Assembly (NCBI GenBank): GCA_964445435.1
Contig: CAYUKU010000005.1
Coordinates: 6,627-70,626, forward strand
Source: an uncultured Gammaproteobacteria bacterium
Lineage (GTDB): Bacteria > Patescibacteriota > Microgenomatia > UBA10105 > UBA927
Length of the DNA: 64,000 bases
Direction of reading: 5' to 3'
The position numbers were made by a program, and so were the translations under genes. A model generated the notes under the pieces. The model did not search any database. It was given only the letters and a program-made list of their open reading frames with translations, and was not told where the DNA came from. This document shows, in pieces, positions 18,071 to 28,030 of this stretch (positions within the stretch are counted from its first letter, which is position 1; every line of letters begins with the position of its first letter).

Positions 18071-18901
18071 ATGAAACCAAAAATCTCAGCAACCGCACCG
18101 ACGACTGCGGGGAAGCAGTATCACATTGAGTGTAAAGAAGGCGATACGGCAAGGTACGTCATTCTCCCAGGCGATCCCGGGCGGGTTGCCAAGATCGCTT
18201 CAGTGTGGGACGAGAAGCACGAAGTCGCCCATCACCGCGAATATCACACGATGACGGGGAAGGTCGACGGTACGCCCATTTCCTGTACCTCGACTGGCAT
18301 TGGATCTCCATCCCTTATGATCGGCGTTGATGAGCTTGCCAGAATCGGCAGCGACACATTTATTCGATTGGGTACGACAGGCGGACTTCATGAGAATATG
18401 AATCTTGGTGACGTGGTCATCTCAACGGGCGCGGTTCGTTTTGACGGCGCGTCGAAAGACCTGGTTGTACCCGAATATCCGGCGGTTGCCAATTATGAAA
18501 TCGTCATGGCGCTTATCCAGGCGGCGGAAGAACTAAAGGTTCCGTATCACGTCGGTGTCACCGCATCGACGGATTCGTTCTATACCGGGCAGGGGAGACC
18601 GGCGCTTCGCGGTTACCTGCCGAGTTTCAAAGAAAATATTTTGAGGGACATGCAGGCTGCCGGAGTCAAGAATTTCGAGATGGAGGTCGCGCCGCTTCTC
18701 ACGTTTGCAAGCATTTTCGGCAAACGGGCAGGGGCCATCTGTTTCGTGATCGCCAACCGCGTGACGGATGAGTTTGAAATCCGGGACGAGTGGGCAGTGA
18801 GAACCGCAAAGGTTGCATCTCGCGCGATCGTGATTCTCGCAGGATGGGATAAGAAAAAGGAAAAATCAGGGAAGAGATTTCTGTACCCCGACCTACTCTA
18901 G
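18071..18901 (+). CDS. udp: uridine phosphorylase
   Basis: QYHI, LPGDPGRV, STGIGSPS, DSFY.GQGR, NFEME. Confidence 0.92.
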   Translation: MKPKISATAPTTAGKQYHIECKEGDTARYVILPGDPGRVAKIASVWDEKHEVAHHREYHTMTGKVDGTPISCTSTGIGSPSLMIGVDELARIGSDTFIRLGTTGGLHENMNLGDVVISTGAVRFDGASKDLVVPEYPAVANYEIVMALIQAAEELKVPYHVGVTASTDSFYTGQGRPALRGYLPSFKENILRDMQAAGVKNFEMEVAPLLTFASIFGKRAGAICFVIANRVTDEFEIRDEWAVRTAKVASRAIVILAGWDKKKEKSGKRFLYPDLL

Positions 18902-19030
18902 AATTCTTGAAAAATTCCTGGAAACGCGCCGCCCCTGCTTTTTGTATCATATGACATGTTCGCATGGTAGCATGGTAACATGCTAATATCCGGCGCGGGA
19001 TCACGTGCCACGTGGTAGAATAACTCCAGT

Positions 19031-19618
19031 ATGAAAACAGTGGTGTATCTGGTGCGTCACGGCGATGTTCATAATCCCGAGGGGATTTTCTATGAGCGCA
19101 TTCCGGGATTTCGGTTAAGTGAACTGGGACGTTCGCAGGCGAAACTTCTGGGTGATTTTCTCTCGGGGAAAAGCATATCCGCCATCTATGCCTCGCCTCT
19201 CGAGCGGGCACAGGAAACAGCTTCTTTTATCGTATCCCACCACCCCAAACTTTCCATTATTTCCGATGATAGACTCATTGAGGTTGCCTCCGCCAAGCGC
19301 GGCCAGAAGCAGGCAGATCTTGCCCGTGAACGATGGAATTTTTACAAGCCCGAATATACGAGACTGGGTGGCGAGAAGTTAAGCGATATATGGGCGCGGA
19401 TGCACGACTTTTTCCGCGAGACGATAAAACGGCATCAGGGCGAGAGTATCGTGGCGGTATCACACGGCGATCCGATCATGATTTCGGCAGTCAAGCACAA
19501 GGGCAGGCGTCTGTCGCTGTCTGCCATCAGGGACGAGAAGTATGTCGATACCGCTCGGGGATTTGAACTGGTATTTGAGGGATTTAGTGCGCTAGAAGTG
19601 AATAATCTCGAATTTTAG
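19031..19618 (+). CDS. histidine phosphatase family protein
   Basis: LVRHG, SPLERAQETA, VSHGDPI. Confidence 0.9.
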   Translation: MKTVVYLVRHGDVHNPEGIFYERIPGFRLSELGRSQAKLLGDFLSGKSISAIYASPLERAQETASFIVSHHPKLSIISDDRLIEVASAKRGQKQADLARERWNFYKPEYTRLGGEKLSDIWARMHDFFRETIKRHQGESIVAVSHGDPIMISAVKHKGRRLSLSAIRDEKYVDTARGFELVFEGFSALEVNNLEF

Positions 19619-19656
19619 GATTTGACAAGCATATTCCCGTTTGGCTAAAATAGTGT

Positions 19657-20643
19657 ATGGGGACACAGGCACCGAGCTATCTCACTGACCTGGTTGACCT
19701 TCACCTTCATTTGGGTTCTTCTTCCACGCCGCATTTTCTCTGGGAACTGGCTCACGAGCAGGGCATCAGATTGGCAGAGAAAGATTACTGGTCCTTCATT
19801 AATTCCATTACCATCAAAGACCAGACCACATACGATCACTATTTGTCATTTTTTGATCTCACTGAACTTATCCAGTCGTCCACATACGCCATCGAGAAGG
19901 CGACCCATAACGCAGTATCCCGCGCGTACAGGAAGGGTAACATTCAGACGCTTGAGATTCGTTTCAATCCTATGCTGCGAAATCGCGGCGGTGAACAGGA
20001 TCTGGACAAAATCATCTTCGGCGCCGTGGTCGGGATGAAGAAAGCCTGCATGGAATACCCGGTTCGCGCAGGTCTTATCCTTATGATGGACCGCAGATTT
20101 CCCAAAGAGCAGAATGAGATTATCGCCCAAAAAGCAGCGCGGTTTGCCTCAGAGGGAGTTGTGGGCCTGGATATCGCAGGACCCATAAACAAAAACTTCC
20201 ACGTGGAGGATATTGCAGGTGCCGTCGCCAAAGCCCGTGAATCCGGGGTGAAAATTACTATTCACACCGGCGAAGTGACGCCCGCATCCGAAGTATGGGA
20301 TGTGGTGAAGCTCCTTTCTCCTGACCGGATTGGTCATGGCATCCGTTCTATCGATGATCCGTCGCTTCTGGAATACCTGCGGCAGCACCACATTGCTCTT
20401 GAGGTGTGTCCGACTTCCAACCTCCAGACCAGCGCGGTGAAAACATGGGAGGAAATGAAAACCGTGATCGGGACATTGAAGAAAAGCGGTGTTCTCTTTA
20501 CTATAAATTCGGACGGTCCTGAATTGTTGGGGACGAATGTGAAAGAGGAGTTTGAGCGGCTTGTTGCGAAAGGAATTTTGACGCCCGAGGATGTCAGTGT
20601 CATCACAAAAACGGCAAAGGAGGTAGCATTTGTTCGTGCATAG
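19657..20643 (+). CDS. add: adenosine/adenine deaminase
   Basis: DLHLHL, TIHTGE, RIGHG, EVCPTSN, INSD. Confidence 0.88.
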   Translation: MGTQAPSYLTDLVDLHLHLGSSSTPHFLWELAHEQGIRLAEKDYWSFINSITIKDQTTYDHYLSFFDLTELIQSSTYAIEKATHNAVSRAYRKGNIQTLEIRFNPMLRNRGGEQDLDKIIFGAVVGMKKACMEYPVRAGLILMMDRRFPKEQNEIIAQKAARFASEGVVGLDIAGPINKNFHVEDIAGAVAKARESGVKITIHTGEVTPASEVWDVVKLLSPDRIGHGIRSIDDPSLLEYLRQHHIALEVCPTSNLQTSAVKTWEEMKTVIGTLKKSGVLFTINSDGPELLGTNVKEEFERLVAKGILTPEDVSVITKTAKEVAFVRA

Positions 20644-20650
20644 TGTGCGG

Positions 20651-20770
20651 ACGGATGGCTCGCCGGAAGGGGTCCCAACGGCGCGCAGCCTTCCTCTTTG
20701 GAATACGTACGTGTAAGAGTGAGAACGCAATGCGAGCACCGTTGGGAGGGAGAGGCGAGACAGGACCCGT
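20651..20770 (+). other. 120-nt nested inverted repeat (long hairpin) between add and guaB
   Basis: ACGG/CCGT, CTCGCC/GGCGAG, TCCCAACGG/CCGTTGGGA and CTCTT/AAGAG nested arms. Confidence 0.6.
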
Positions 20771-20775
20771 GGATT

Positions 20776-21861
20776 ATGGATAAAAAAATTATCATGGACG
20801 GCATTACCTTTGACGACGTGCTTCTCTTACCGGGATACACGGATTTCAAACGTGCTCAGGTTGACCTCGCAACCCGACTTCACCCCTCGATGACGCTTGC
20901 GCTTCCTGTGATTTCCTCACCCATGGACACCGTGACAGAAGAGTCGATGGCTACAGCGCTTGCTCTCGCCGGCGGCCTGGGAATCATCCACCGGAATCTT
21001 AGTGTTCCCGATCAGGCTGAGAAGGTCTCAATCGTCAAGAAAAAGAATCTTCCGGTAGGTGCAGCAGTCGGTGGAGGATCTGATTTCCAGGAGCGCGTGG
21101 ATGCGCTCGTGAAGGCCGGAGCCGACCTTCTGGTTGTTGATTCAGGCCACGGGAATACGTCGTTTGTGGCTGATGGAGTGGGCACGATCAAGAAGCATTA
21201 CCCGGGTGCGGTTGTGATGGCCGGAAATGTTGCGACATTTGATGGAGCAAAGAGGCTTATTGCAGCAGGCGCCGATATCCTGAGAGTCGGTATGGGTCCG
21301 GGGAGTATTTGCACGACCCGCATCATCACCGGCATGGGCGTTCCGCAGTTGACCGCAGTGGCAGAAGCGGTAAAAGCGGTCAAAGGAACGAATGTTACCG
21401 TCATTGCCGACGGCGGCATCAAACAGATAGGAGACATGGCCAAGGCAATCGGCATGGGCGCCCACGCAGTGATGCTCGGATCGCTTCTGGCGGGATTCGA
21501 CGAATCTCCAGGTGAGCGGGTGTTTGTTGACGGCAAGTCCTACAAGCAGTATCGCGGGATGGGTTCAGTCGGCGCGATGAAGAAAGGAAGCGCGGAGCGC
21601 TATGGCCAGACGAAAGACATCCAGGCGCGTAAAATGATCGCAGAAGGGGTAGAGGGTCTCGTGAAGTACAAAGGAGCGGTGACTGAATATCTTGACCAGG
21701 TGACGGGGAGCCTCAAGTCAGCTTTTTATTACATTGGCGCCAAGACCTTGGAAGAGTTTCACCAGAAAGCGCGGTTTGTCCGGATTACATCAGCAAGCAT
21801 GGTAGAGAGCCACCCTCATAGTATCCACATCTCAAACGCCGGCTCCAACTACAAGATATAA
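20776..21861 (+). CDS. guaB: IMP dehydrogenase lacking CBS domains
   Basis: [40 protein letters not shown]; start corrected to MDKK. Confidence 0.95.
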   Translation: MDKKIIMDGITFDDVLLLPGYTDFKRAQVDLATRLHPSMTLALPVISSPMDTVTEESMATALALAGGLGIIHRNLSVPDQAEKVSIVKKKNLPVGAAVGGGSDFQERVDALVKAGADLLVVDSGHGNTSFVADGVGTIKKHYPGAVVMAGNVATFDGAKRLIAAGADILRVGMGPGSICTTRIITGMGVPQLTAVAEAVKAVKGTNVTVIADGGIKQIGDMAKAIGMGAHAVMLGSLLAGFDESPGERVFVDGKSYKQYRGMGSVGAMKKGSAERYGQTKDIQARKMIAEGVEGLVKYKGAVTEYLDQVTGSLKSAFYYIGAKTLEEFHQKARFVRITSASMVESHPHSIHISNAGSNYKI

Positions 21862-21868
21862 TCAATCC

Positions 21869-23191
21869 ATGAAACTTTCTGACCAAGACCCTAGCATTGC
21901 CCAACTCATCGAGAAAGAATCCGTCCGTCAAAGGGACGGTTTGGAGATGATTCCTTCAGAAAACTACGTCTCGCCGGCAGTCCGAGAGGCGATGGGATCC
22001 ATTCTTACGAACAAATATTCAGAAGGATATCCCCATAAGCGGTATTACGGGGGCAACGAATTTATCGACGAGGTGGAAAGTTTGGCGATAGAGCGCGCGA
22101 AGAAGCTTTTCGGCGTTGCCCACGTCAACGTCCAGCCATATTCAGGGTCGCCCGCCAATCTCGCGGTCTACATGGCCACGTGTCAACCTGGCGATACGAT
22201 CATGGGTCTGAATCTTCCTGACGGAGGACACCTGACCCATGGATGGAAAGTTTCGGCGGCGGGAATTTTCTATAAAAGCGTCCCGTATCATGTGAAAGAA
22301 GACGGTCGTGTAGACTTCGACGAAGTCTGGCGCTTGGTGAAAGAACACAAGCCCCGTCTTATCTGGACCGGAGCAACCGCATATTGTTATCAATATGAGT
22401 TTGAGAAGTTTGTGGAAATCGCCGACAGTGTTGGGGCGTATCTGGCTGCCGACATCGCCCATGTAGTGGGCCTGGTGATTGCAGGCGTTCACAAAAGTCC
22501 GTTTAACTACGCTCACATCGTCACCACAACGACGCACAAGACGCTTCGCGGGCCGCGTGGGGGGATGATTATGGTCACTGACCGAGGGCGTACAAAAGAT
22601 CCACAACTTGCAGAGAAAGTAGATAAAGCGGTATTTCCCGGGCTTCAGGGAGGACCACACGATCATACGACGGCAGCAATCGCCGTTGCCCTGAAAGAAG
22701 CCTCCACGAAAGAATTTGCGGCGTACGGCGCACAAGTGGTCGCAAACGCGAAAGCACTCGCAGAGGTTCTTAAAAAGGAAGGGGTGAAACTCGTGGGCAA
22801 CGGAACGGAAAATCATCTTCTTCTCGTTGACTTGGTTCCCCAGCTTGGACCAGGAGGAGGCATATTTGCCCAAGAGGCGCTGGGAGCGGCGGGAATCACG
22901 GTAAACAAAAACACGATTCCGAAGGATCCATCAAGCCCGTTTTATCCTTCAGGAGTTCGCCTGGGGACACCTGCCATAACGACAAGGGGGATGAAGGAAG
23001 AAGAAATGAAAGCAATCGGGAAATGGATTGCCCGTGCGATAAAGGAAGCATCGTCGTATCGATTGCCCGATGGGAAAGACGAACGGATCCAGTATGTTGC
23101 GAAAGCGAAAAAAGAACTATCGGTAAACAAGAAGCTCGCTTCGATTGCGAATGACGTTGCGGTTTTGTGCCGCCAATTCCCCGTACCGTAG
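21869..23191 (+). CDS. glyA: serine hydroxymethyltransferase
   Basis: IPSENY, NKYSEGYP, TTTHKTLRGPRGG, FPGLQGGP. Confidence 0.98.
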   Translation: MKLSDQDPSIAQLIEKESVRQRDGLEMIPSENYVSPAVREAMGSILTNKYSEGYPHKRYYGGNEFIDEVESLAIERAKKLFGVAHVNVQPYSGSPANLAVYMATCQPGDTIMGLNLPDGGHLTHGWKVSAAGIFYKSVPYHVKEDGRVDFDEVWRLVKEHKPRLIWTGATAYCYQYEFEKFVEIADSVGAYLAADIAHVVGLVIAGVHKSPFNYAHIVTTTTHKTLRGPRGGMIMVTDRGRTKDPQLAEKVDKAVFPGLQGGPHDHTTAAIAVALKEASTKEFAAYGAQVVANAKALAEVLKKEGVKLVGNGTENHLLLVDLVPQLGPGGGIFAQEALGAAGITVNKNTIPKDPSSPFYPSGVRLGTPAITTRGMKEEEMKAIGKWIARAIKEASSYRLPDGKDERIQYVAKAKKELSVNKKLASIANDVAVLCRQFPVP

Positions 23192-23228
23192 TTGAAAAAG
23201 ACCTATAGTTATTATATACTTCACTGCT

Positions 23229-23756
23229 ATGACTGCTGCTACAGAGCGCCAGGTTCAGGCGTTTCAAAAAGAGTTTGGGTACCGCGCGGATGCCGATTTC
23301 GCCTGTTTCCATAATGCGTTGGGTGCGCTTATGTTCGTTCACGAACAAACGGGAGAAATCCCGCGAATTTATAAAGTTCCCTTCCCGGGCGATCATCACG
23401 CCTACGTTGTGCATCGTGGTGCCGTATACAACGAGGGCGTCACGTGGCCGGATCGGAAATATCGGGATTTTTCTCTGGACGAACTGGAACGGGTTGGGGA
23501 GGATGTGACACGCGAGACGCTAGAAGCCGCGTTTGCGGCATACGAAGGCGGCCCAGACGACGGTGGCTTTCTGGTCGCGGGACGTCTCATCGCAGAGGGT
23601 CTTCGCACGTATGAATCAGCACGACGACAGCTTGCGGGTGCAGGGCAAGAAGTAACACGGTTTGAATATTATGGATACCTTCTTACGCTTGCGACATTGA
23701 AGGAGCGGGGATGGTCCAAGGAGGAGATACGTGAGTACTTTTTGGGGTCGGATTAG
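23229..23756 (+). CDS. hypothetical protein
   Basis: 175-aa ORF preceded by TTGAAA-17-TATACT. Confidence 0.65.
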   Translation: MTAATERQVQAFQKEFGYRADADFACFHNALGALMFVHEQTGEIPRIYKVPFPGDHHAYVVHRGAVYNEGVTWPDRKYRDFSLDELERVGEDVTRETLEAAFAAYEGGPDDGGFLVAGRLIAEGLRTYESARRQLAGAGQEVTRFEYYGYLLTLATLKERGWSKEEIREYFLGSD

Positions 23757-23823
23757 ATTGCCAAAGATCAGCACACGCAGCGCTTGTGCTGGGTGACTGA
23801 ATAGGATATAATTGCTCTATTAC

Positions 23824-23915
23824 TCACACTCAGAGAGTATCTCTCCCGCAAGGGCACTGAGTGGAGGATGGAAGAGATACGCAGCTTATAGAACGCCGCG
23901 TATTGCGGCTTTTTT
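23824..23915 (+). promoter_or_regulatory. rpsB (S2) leader-like structure
   Basis: CACACTCAG...CTGAGTGGAGG closing stem resembles the CACAC...GTGGAGG S2 autoregulatory leader; GCCGCG-TAT-TGCGGC-T6 hairpin lies just before the ATG. Confidence 0.5.
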
Positions 23916-23922
23916 AACGCAT

Positions 23923-24699
23923 ATGCAGGATATTACACTTCAAGCATTACTCGAAGCAGGGTGCCATTTCGGGCACAAGGCGGAGCGGTGGCATCCGAAG
24001 GCTTCCTCGTTTATCTATACTGAAAAGGACGGCATCCATATCATCGATCTTGTCAAAACGAAATCAGGTCTTGAAGCCGCAGCCCAATTCGTGAGAGACA
24101 CGGTGGCAAAGGGCGGTGAAGTCGTTTTCGTTGGTACCAAGCGTCAGGCAAGCGGCATCGTCAAATCCGAGGCTGAAGCAGTGGGAGCTCCGTATTTTTC
24201 CGAGCGATGGATCGGTGGATTTCTCACGAACTGGGATCAGATAAAGAAGAATATCGAAAAGATTAACCGGATGGAAGAAGAGCAAAAGAGCGGCGCCTGG
24301 AAGAAATTCCCCAAGCACGAGCAGGTGAAGATGGCGCGCTATCTGGGGAGAATAAAAGTCTACTACGGCGGCGTCTTGAAACTTACCCGCGTTCCGGAAG
24401 CGCTTTTCGTTATCGACGTGAAGAAAGAAGTCGCGGCAGTGCGGGAAGCGGCTCGTCGGGGTATGCCGTTAGTTGGCGTTGTCGATACCAATTCCGATCC
24501 GACCGGAATTCAATATGTCATTCCCGCCAACGATGACGCGGTGGGATCGGTATCCTACATCGTACACGTTATGGCTGCAGCGTATCAGGAAGGCAAAGAC
24601 GCGCGGGCAAAGGAAGAAGAAGTGAAAGCAAAAGAAGAAGCCAAGAAACAGGAAGCCAAAGCTCAAGAAGTGAAAGTCGAACCGAAAGAAGTCAAGTAA
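23923..24699 (+). CDS. rpsB: 30S ribosomal protein S2
   Basis: LLEAGCHFGH, RWIGGFLTNW, DTNSDP, IPANDD; start corrected. Confidence 0.97.
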   Translation: MQDITLQALLEAGCHFGHKAERWHPKASSFIYTEKDGIHIIDLVKTKSGLEAAAQFVRDTVAKGGEVVFVGTKRQASGIVKSEAEAVGAPYFSERWIGGFLTNWDQIKKNIEKINRMEEEQKSGAWKKFPKHEQVKMARYLGRIKVYYGGVLKLTRVPEALFVIDVKKEVAAVREAARRGMPLVGVVDTNSDPTGIQYVIPANDDAVGSVSYIVHVMAAAYQEGKDARAKEEEVKAKEEAKKQEAKAQEVKVEPKEVK

Positions 24700-24702
24700 C
24701 GT

Positions 24703-25158
24703 ATGGACATTTCCCTCGATTTACTCAAGAAATTGCGTGCCGAGACCTCCGCCGGAGTTTCTGATTGCCGTCAGGCTCTGGAAGATGCCGCTGGAGACTA
24801 CGAGAAAGCCAAGAAGCTGGTCATGGAGCGAAGCACGGCGAAGGCGGAGAAAAAAGCTGACCGCCAGACAGGGTCGGGACTCGTCGAGTCCTACGTTCAC
24901 GGCGGCCGTGTGGGTGTCGTTGTGGAACTTCGGTGCGAGACGGATTTCGTTGCCCGCACGGACGAGTTTAAACATCTTGCCCATGAAGTCGCGCTTCAGG
25001 TTGCCGCAATGAATCCGAAGGACGCCAAGGAACTCCTGGAAAGCGCCTATATCCGTGACCCCAAACTCACGATCGGAGCGCTCGTTAAGCAGACGATCGG
25101 CAAATTAGGAGAGAACATCACCCTCGGCCGTTTTTCCCGCCTGGCTCTAGGCGAATAA
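24703..25158 (+). CDS. tsf: elongation factor Ts (short form)
   Basis: LRAETSAG..DC..AL, CETDFVAR, GENI. Confidence 0.95.
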   Translation: MDISLDLLKKLRAETSAGVSDCRQALEDAAGDYEKAKKLVMERSTAKAEKKADRQTGSGLVESYVHGGRVGVVVELRCETDFVARTDEFKHLAHEVALQVAAMNPKDAKELLESAYIRDPKLTIGALVKQTIGKLGENITLGRFSRLALGE

Positions 25159-25170
25159 CCTCGTTGCGTA

Positions 25171-25334
25171 AGCAGCGCAGCAAACAATTTTCAAAGACAA
25201 CTGAGCGTTTGCGCTCGCAAAGTGAGGATTTCTTGAGTATGCAAACGCTCATTTAGCGAGCAATGGGTACGATTTCACGGTCAAAAATGTCATACGGTGA
25301 GCGGGTCTTTGGAAAATTTGTTTGCAAAGCTGCT
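25171..25334 (+). repeat. family A structured repeat, copy 2 (164 bp)
   Basis: AGCAGCGCAGCAAACAATTTTCAAAGACAACTGAGCGTTTGC...GCAAACGCTCATTTAGCGAGCAATGGG...GTGAGCGGGTCTTTGGAAAATTTGTTTGCAAAGCTGCT. Confidence 0.88.
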
Positions 25335-25378
25335 TTTGCTTGACCAATTCTGATTCATAGCGTAATATGTTCCCACTG

Positions 25379-25942
25379 ATGGTAGACTCGATTCTCCAAA
25401 CCGCGCGTGACCACATGAAGAAAGCCCTCGAGGTCACAAGCGCAGACGTAGCATCTATCCGGTCCGGGCGCGCGACGCCCGCTCTCGTCGAAAATATTGT
25501 TATCACCGCCTATGGCGGGTCACAGAAGCTGCGTGTCCTCGAGATGGCTACGATCACGACAATGGACGCCAAGACGATTGTGATTGCTCCGTATGATCCG
25601 TCCACGCTCGCGGATATAGAGAAGGGCATTACCGCGGCCAATACGGGTCTCACGCCTGTGGTGGACGGCGAGATAATCAGGATTTCTATTCCGCCCTTGT
25701 CTCAAGAGCGCCGAATGGAATACATCAAACTCGCTAAAGCGAAACTCGAGTCCGGTCGCGTTATGGTCCGGCAGATTCGTCACGAAGCCATGAAAGATCT
25801 CAAAACCGAGGCGGATGAGAAAACGATATCAGGAGACCAGAAGAAAATCGGTGAGAAGATGGTACAGGAATTAACGGATGAAATGATTGCAGAAATAGAC
25901 GCCATCGGCGCGAAAAAAGAAGCAGAACTCCTCCAGATCTAG
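25379..25942 (+). CDS. frr: ribosome recycling factor
   Basis: IRSGRATP, IPPLSQERR, RVMVRQIR, KEAELL. Confidence 0.96.
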   Translation: MVDSILQTARDHMKKALEVTSADVASIRSGRATPALVENIVITAYGGSQKLRVLEMATITTMDAKTIVIAPYDPSTLADIEKGITAANTGLTPVVDGEIIRISIPPLSQERRMEYIKLAKAKLESGRVMVRQIRHEAMKDLKTEADEKTISGDQKKIGEKMVQELTDEMIAEIDAIGAKKEAELLQI

Positions 25943-26002
25943 AATTTCCTCTTGCATCATGCTCTGAATCATTGATACAGTGAATTGTTGGCTGTTTTCC
26001 CT

Positions 26003-27100
26003 ATGATACTTACTGCCATCGTTTTTTTCGTCATTTTAAGCATACTTATTTTTATCCACGAGCTGGGTCATTTTTCGGTTGCCCGGTGGATTGGCGTTCA
26101 TGTGGAAGAATTCGGATTCGGACTTCCGCCCAGGATATGGGGGAGGAAAGTCGGAAAGACCATATATTCTCTCAATTGGTTGCCTATAGGCGGATTCGTC
26201 AAATTAGCCGGAGAAGATGAGGACCAGCGGGATACCTCCAAACACAAAGGTGCAGTTTTGAAAGAGTATTTCTTCGCGCGTAGCAAAAAAGAACGGGCCT
26301 CGATTCTTCTGGCCGGCGTGACGATGAATTTTCTCCTTGCCGTTGCGATCACGGCGTTTTTACTGACCCAGGGAATTTTCGAGCCGGCTGGGCGTGTACA
26401 TGTTAAGCGGGTAATCGCCAACAGTCCTGCCGAGGCCGTTGGCATCAAGGCCTCCGACATCGTGAAAAGCATCAGTTTTACGACCCCGGATGGGACAGTT
26501 GAGACGCGGGCAATTGTGGTGCCCAAGGATCTTATCGATACGACGAAGGCGCACGCGGGGGAGACTGTGACGGTAACGATTCTTCGGGGAGATGCGTTAC
26601 AATCAGTAACGCTTGTTCCGCGCAAAGATCCGCCACCCGGAGAAGGAGCCATGGGAGTCTCCATCACCGATTTGGAGGAAAGGAAATATCCATGGATAAC
26701 TGCACCATTTCAGGCGTTTATGATGAACGTTGCGCGTGCCCGCGATATGCTCGTGGGCATCGCAACGACTCTGTGGCGTCTGGTTCGTCTCGAACCGGTC
26801 GGCGCAGATATCGCAGGCCCGATTGGGATCGCCCAGGTGACGGGTCAGGCAGTGCGGTTCGGGTGGCGGGCGGTTTTGGAATTTATGAGTATTCTTTCTC
26901 TCAACCTCGCGGTACTTAACGTGCTACCCATTCCGGCGCTCGACGGCGGTCGGCTTCTTTTCGTATTCCTTGAGAAGGTGTTAGGGAAGAGGGTTCGGCC
27001 CGCATTCGAGCATTCCGCGCACCAGGTGGGCATGATAGTGTTGCTGTTTCTGGTGTTTCTTGTTTCCATAAACGATATTTTGCGGCTTGCGCGAGGTTGA
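26003..27100 (+). CDS. rseP: RIP metalloprotease RseP (site-2 protease with PDZ domain)
   Basis: HELGH, LPIGGFV, AGPIGI, NVLPIPALDGG. Confidence 0.94.
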   Translation: MILTAIVFFVILSILIFIHELGHFSVARWIGVHVEEFGFGLPPRIWGRKVGKTIYSLNWLPIGGFVKLAGEDEDQRDTSKHKGAVLKEYFFARSKKERASILLAGVTMNFLLAVAITAFLLTQGIFEPAGRVHVKRVIANSPAEAVGIKASDIVKSISFTTPDGTVETRAIVVPKDLIDTTKAHAGETVTVTILRGDALQSVTLVPRKDPPPGEGAMGVSITDLEERKYPWITAPFQAFMMNVARARDMLVGIATTLWRLVRLEPVGADIAGPIGIAQVTGQAVRFGWRAVLEFMSILSLNLAVLNVLPIPALDGGRLLFVFLEKVLGKRVRPAFEHSAHQVGMIVLLFLVFLVSINDILRLARG

Positions 27101-27131
27101 CAGCGGCACATCGGTGCCGTACTGTTTAACT

Positions 27132-27986
27132 ATGCTGTCACGATACGGTGAATGGTTAGATAACGCAGTGTGGGGTATACTCATCCTTCTTTTGGTTCCG
27201 GCAGGATTTGCCATCACCTCGTGGAACAGTTTGCCCGGATCGGGACTGTATGGCATCCGTCAGGTGATGGAGAAGGTATTGGTTGCCATTGCGCCCGGAA
27301 GTCAGGCGAAGGGGCAATTGTACGTCTCGTTTACGACCAGGGGAGCTCGGGATGCGGTTCAGGTCTTAAGCGATAACGGATCAACGGCGGGACTCACATA
27401 CCTCAACGCGCATGTTACCGCAGCGAAAGAAAATATCGAGAAAACTTCGGATGCGAAAGTCCGGGCCAAGCTTGCCCGGCAATACATCGCGACCCTGAGG
27501 GAAGCAAACTCGACACTTGAACAGCAGAAGCAGATTATGTCAGGCACAACCCCCCGCCGTGCCACCACTCCAAGGACGACTGCTGCGCCCACATCGCGTC
27601 CGAATAACGCAACATCAACGCCTGCGCCAAATTCCGGTAATCCGCCCCCACCTGATCCGGTTGATCAGATTGAGGATACGCAAAACCAAATTGAGGATAC
27701 GATTGAAGACCTGGAAGAAGAGGCCGCTCTGGATATTCCTCAAATGGAGGGCTTAACCGGGGATGTACCCCCTACGAGTACCAGTACTCCTATCCCGACA
27801 TTCACACCTACGCCCACTTCGCTCCAACAAATGAACAGTTTTGGCGCCGACCAGAATGAAGAGAATGATGACAATAGAGGTGGGAATAATAATCGCGGAA
27901 ACGATGACAACGATGGAAACAACAGTGGAGGCGAGGGGAACAGCGGCGGCGGCAATAGCGGTTCAGGACGGTCGGGAAACCACTAA
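27132..27986 (+). CDS. membrane-anchored DUF5667-like protein with P/T and N/G/S low-complexity tails
   Basis: TM followed by SLPGSGLY..R...EK motif. Confidence 0.65.
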   Translation: MLSRYGEWLDNAVWGILILLLVPAGFAITSWNSLPGSGLYGIRQVMEKVLVAIAPGSQAKGQLYVSFTTRGARDAVQVLSDNGSTAGLTYLNAHVTAAKENIEKTSDAKVRAKLARQYIATLREANSTLEQQKQIMSGTTPRRATTPRTTAAPTSRPNNATSTPAPNSGNPPPPDPVDQIEDTQNQIEDTIEDLEEEAALDIPQMEGLTGDVPPTSTSTPIPTFTPTPTSLQQMNSFGADQNEENDDNRGGNNNRGNDDNDGNNSGGEGNSGGGNSGSGRSGNH

Positions 27987-28030
27987 TGGGTTTTGTTGAA
28001 TCTTAGAGAGAACAGGTGTATACTGACAAG

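Noticed and set aside
25171-25334. Family A as integron attC sites (AAC...GTT palindromes after genes)
   Set aside because: Ends do not fit RYYYAAC/GTTRRRY, copies are dispersed beside core genes rather than arrayed, and there is no integrase
27840-27986. GGN/AAY-rich tandem-like sequence (also 10930-11060)
   Set aside because: Low-complexity Gly/Asn/Ser/Asp protein linkers, not DNA repeat arrays
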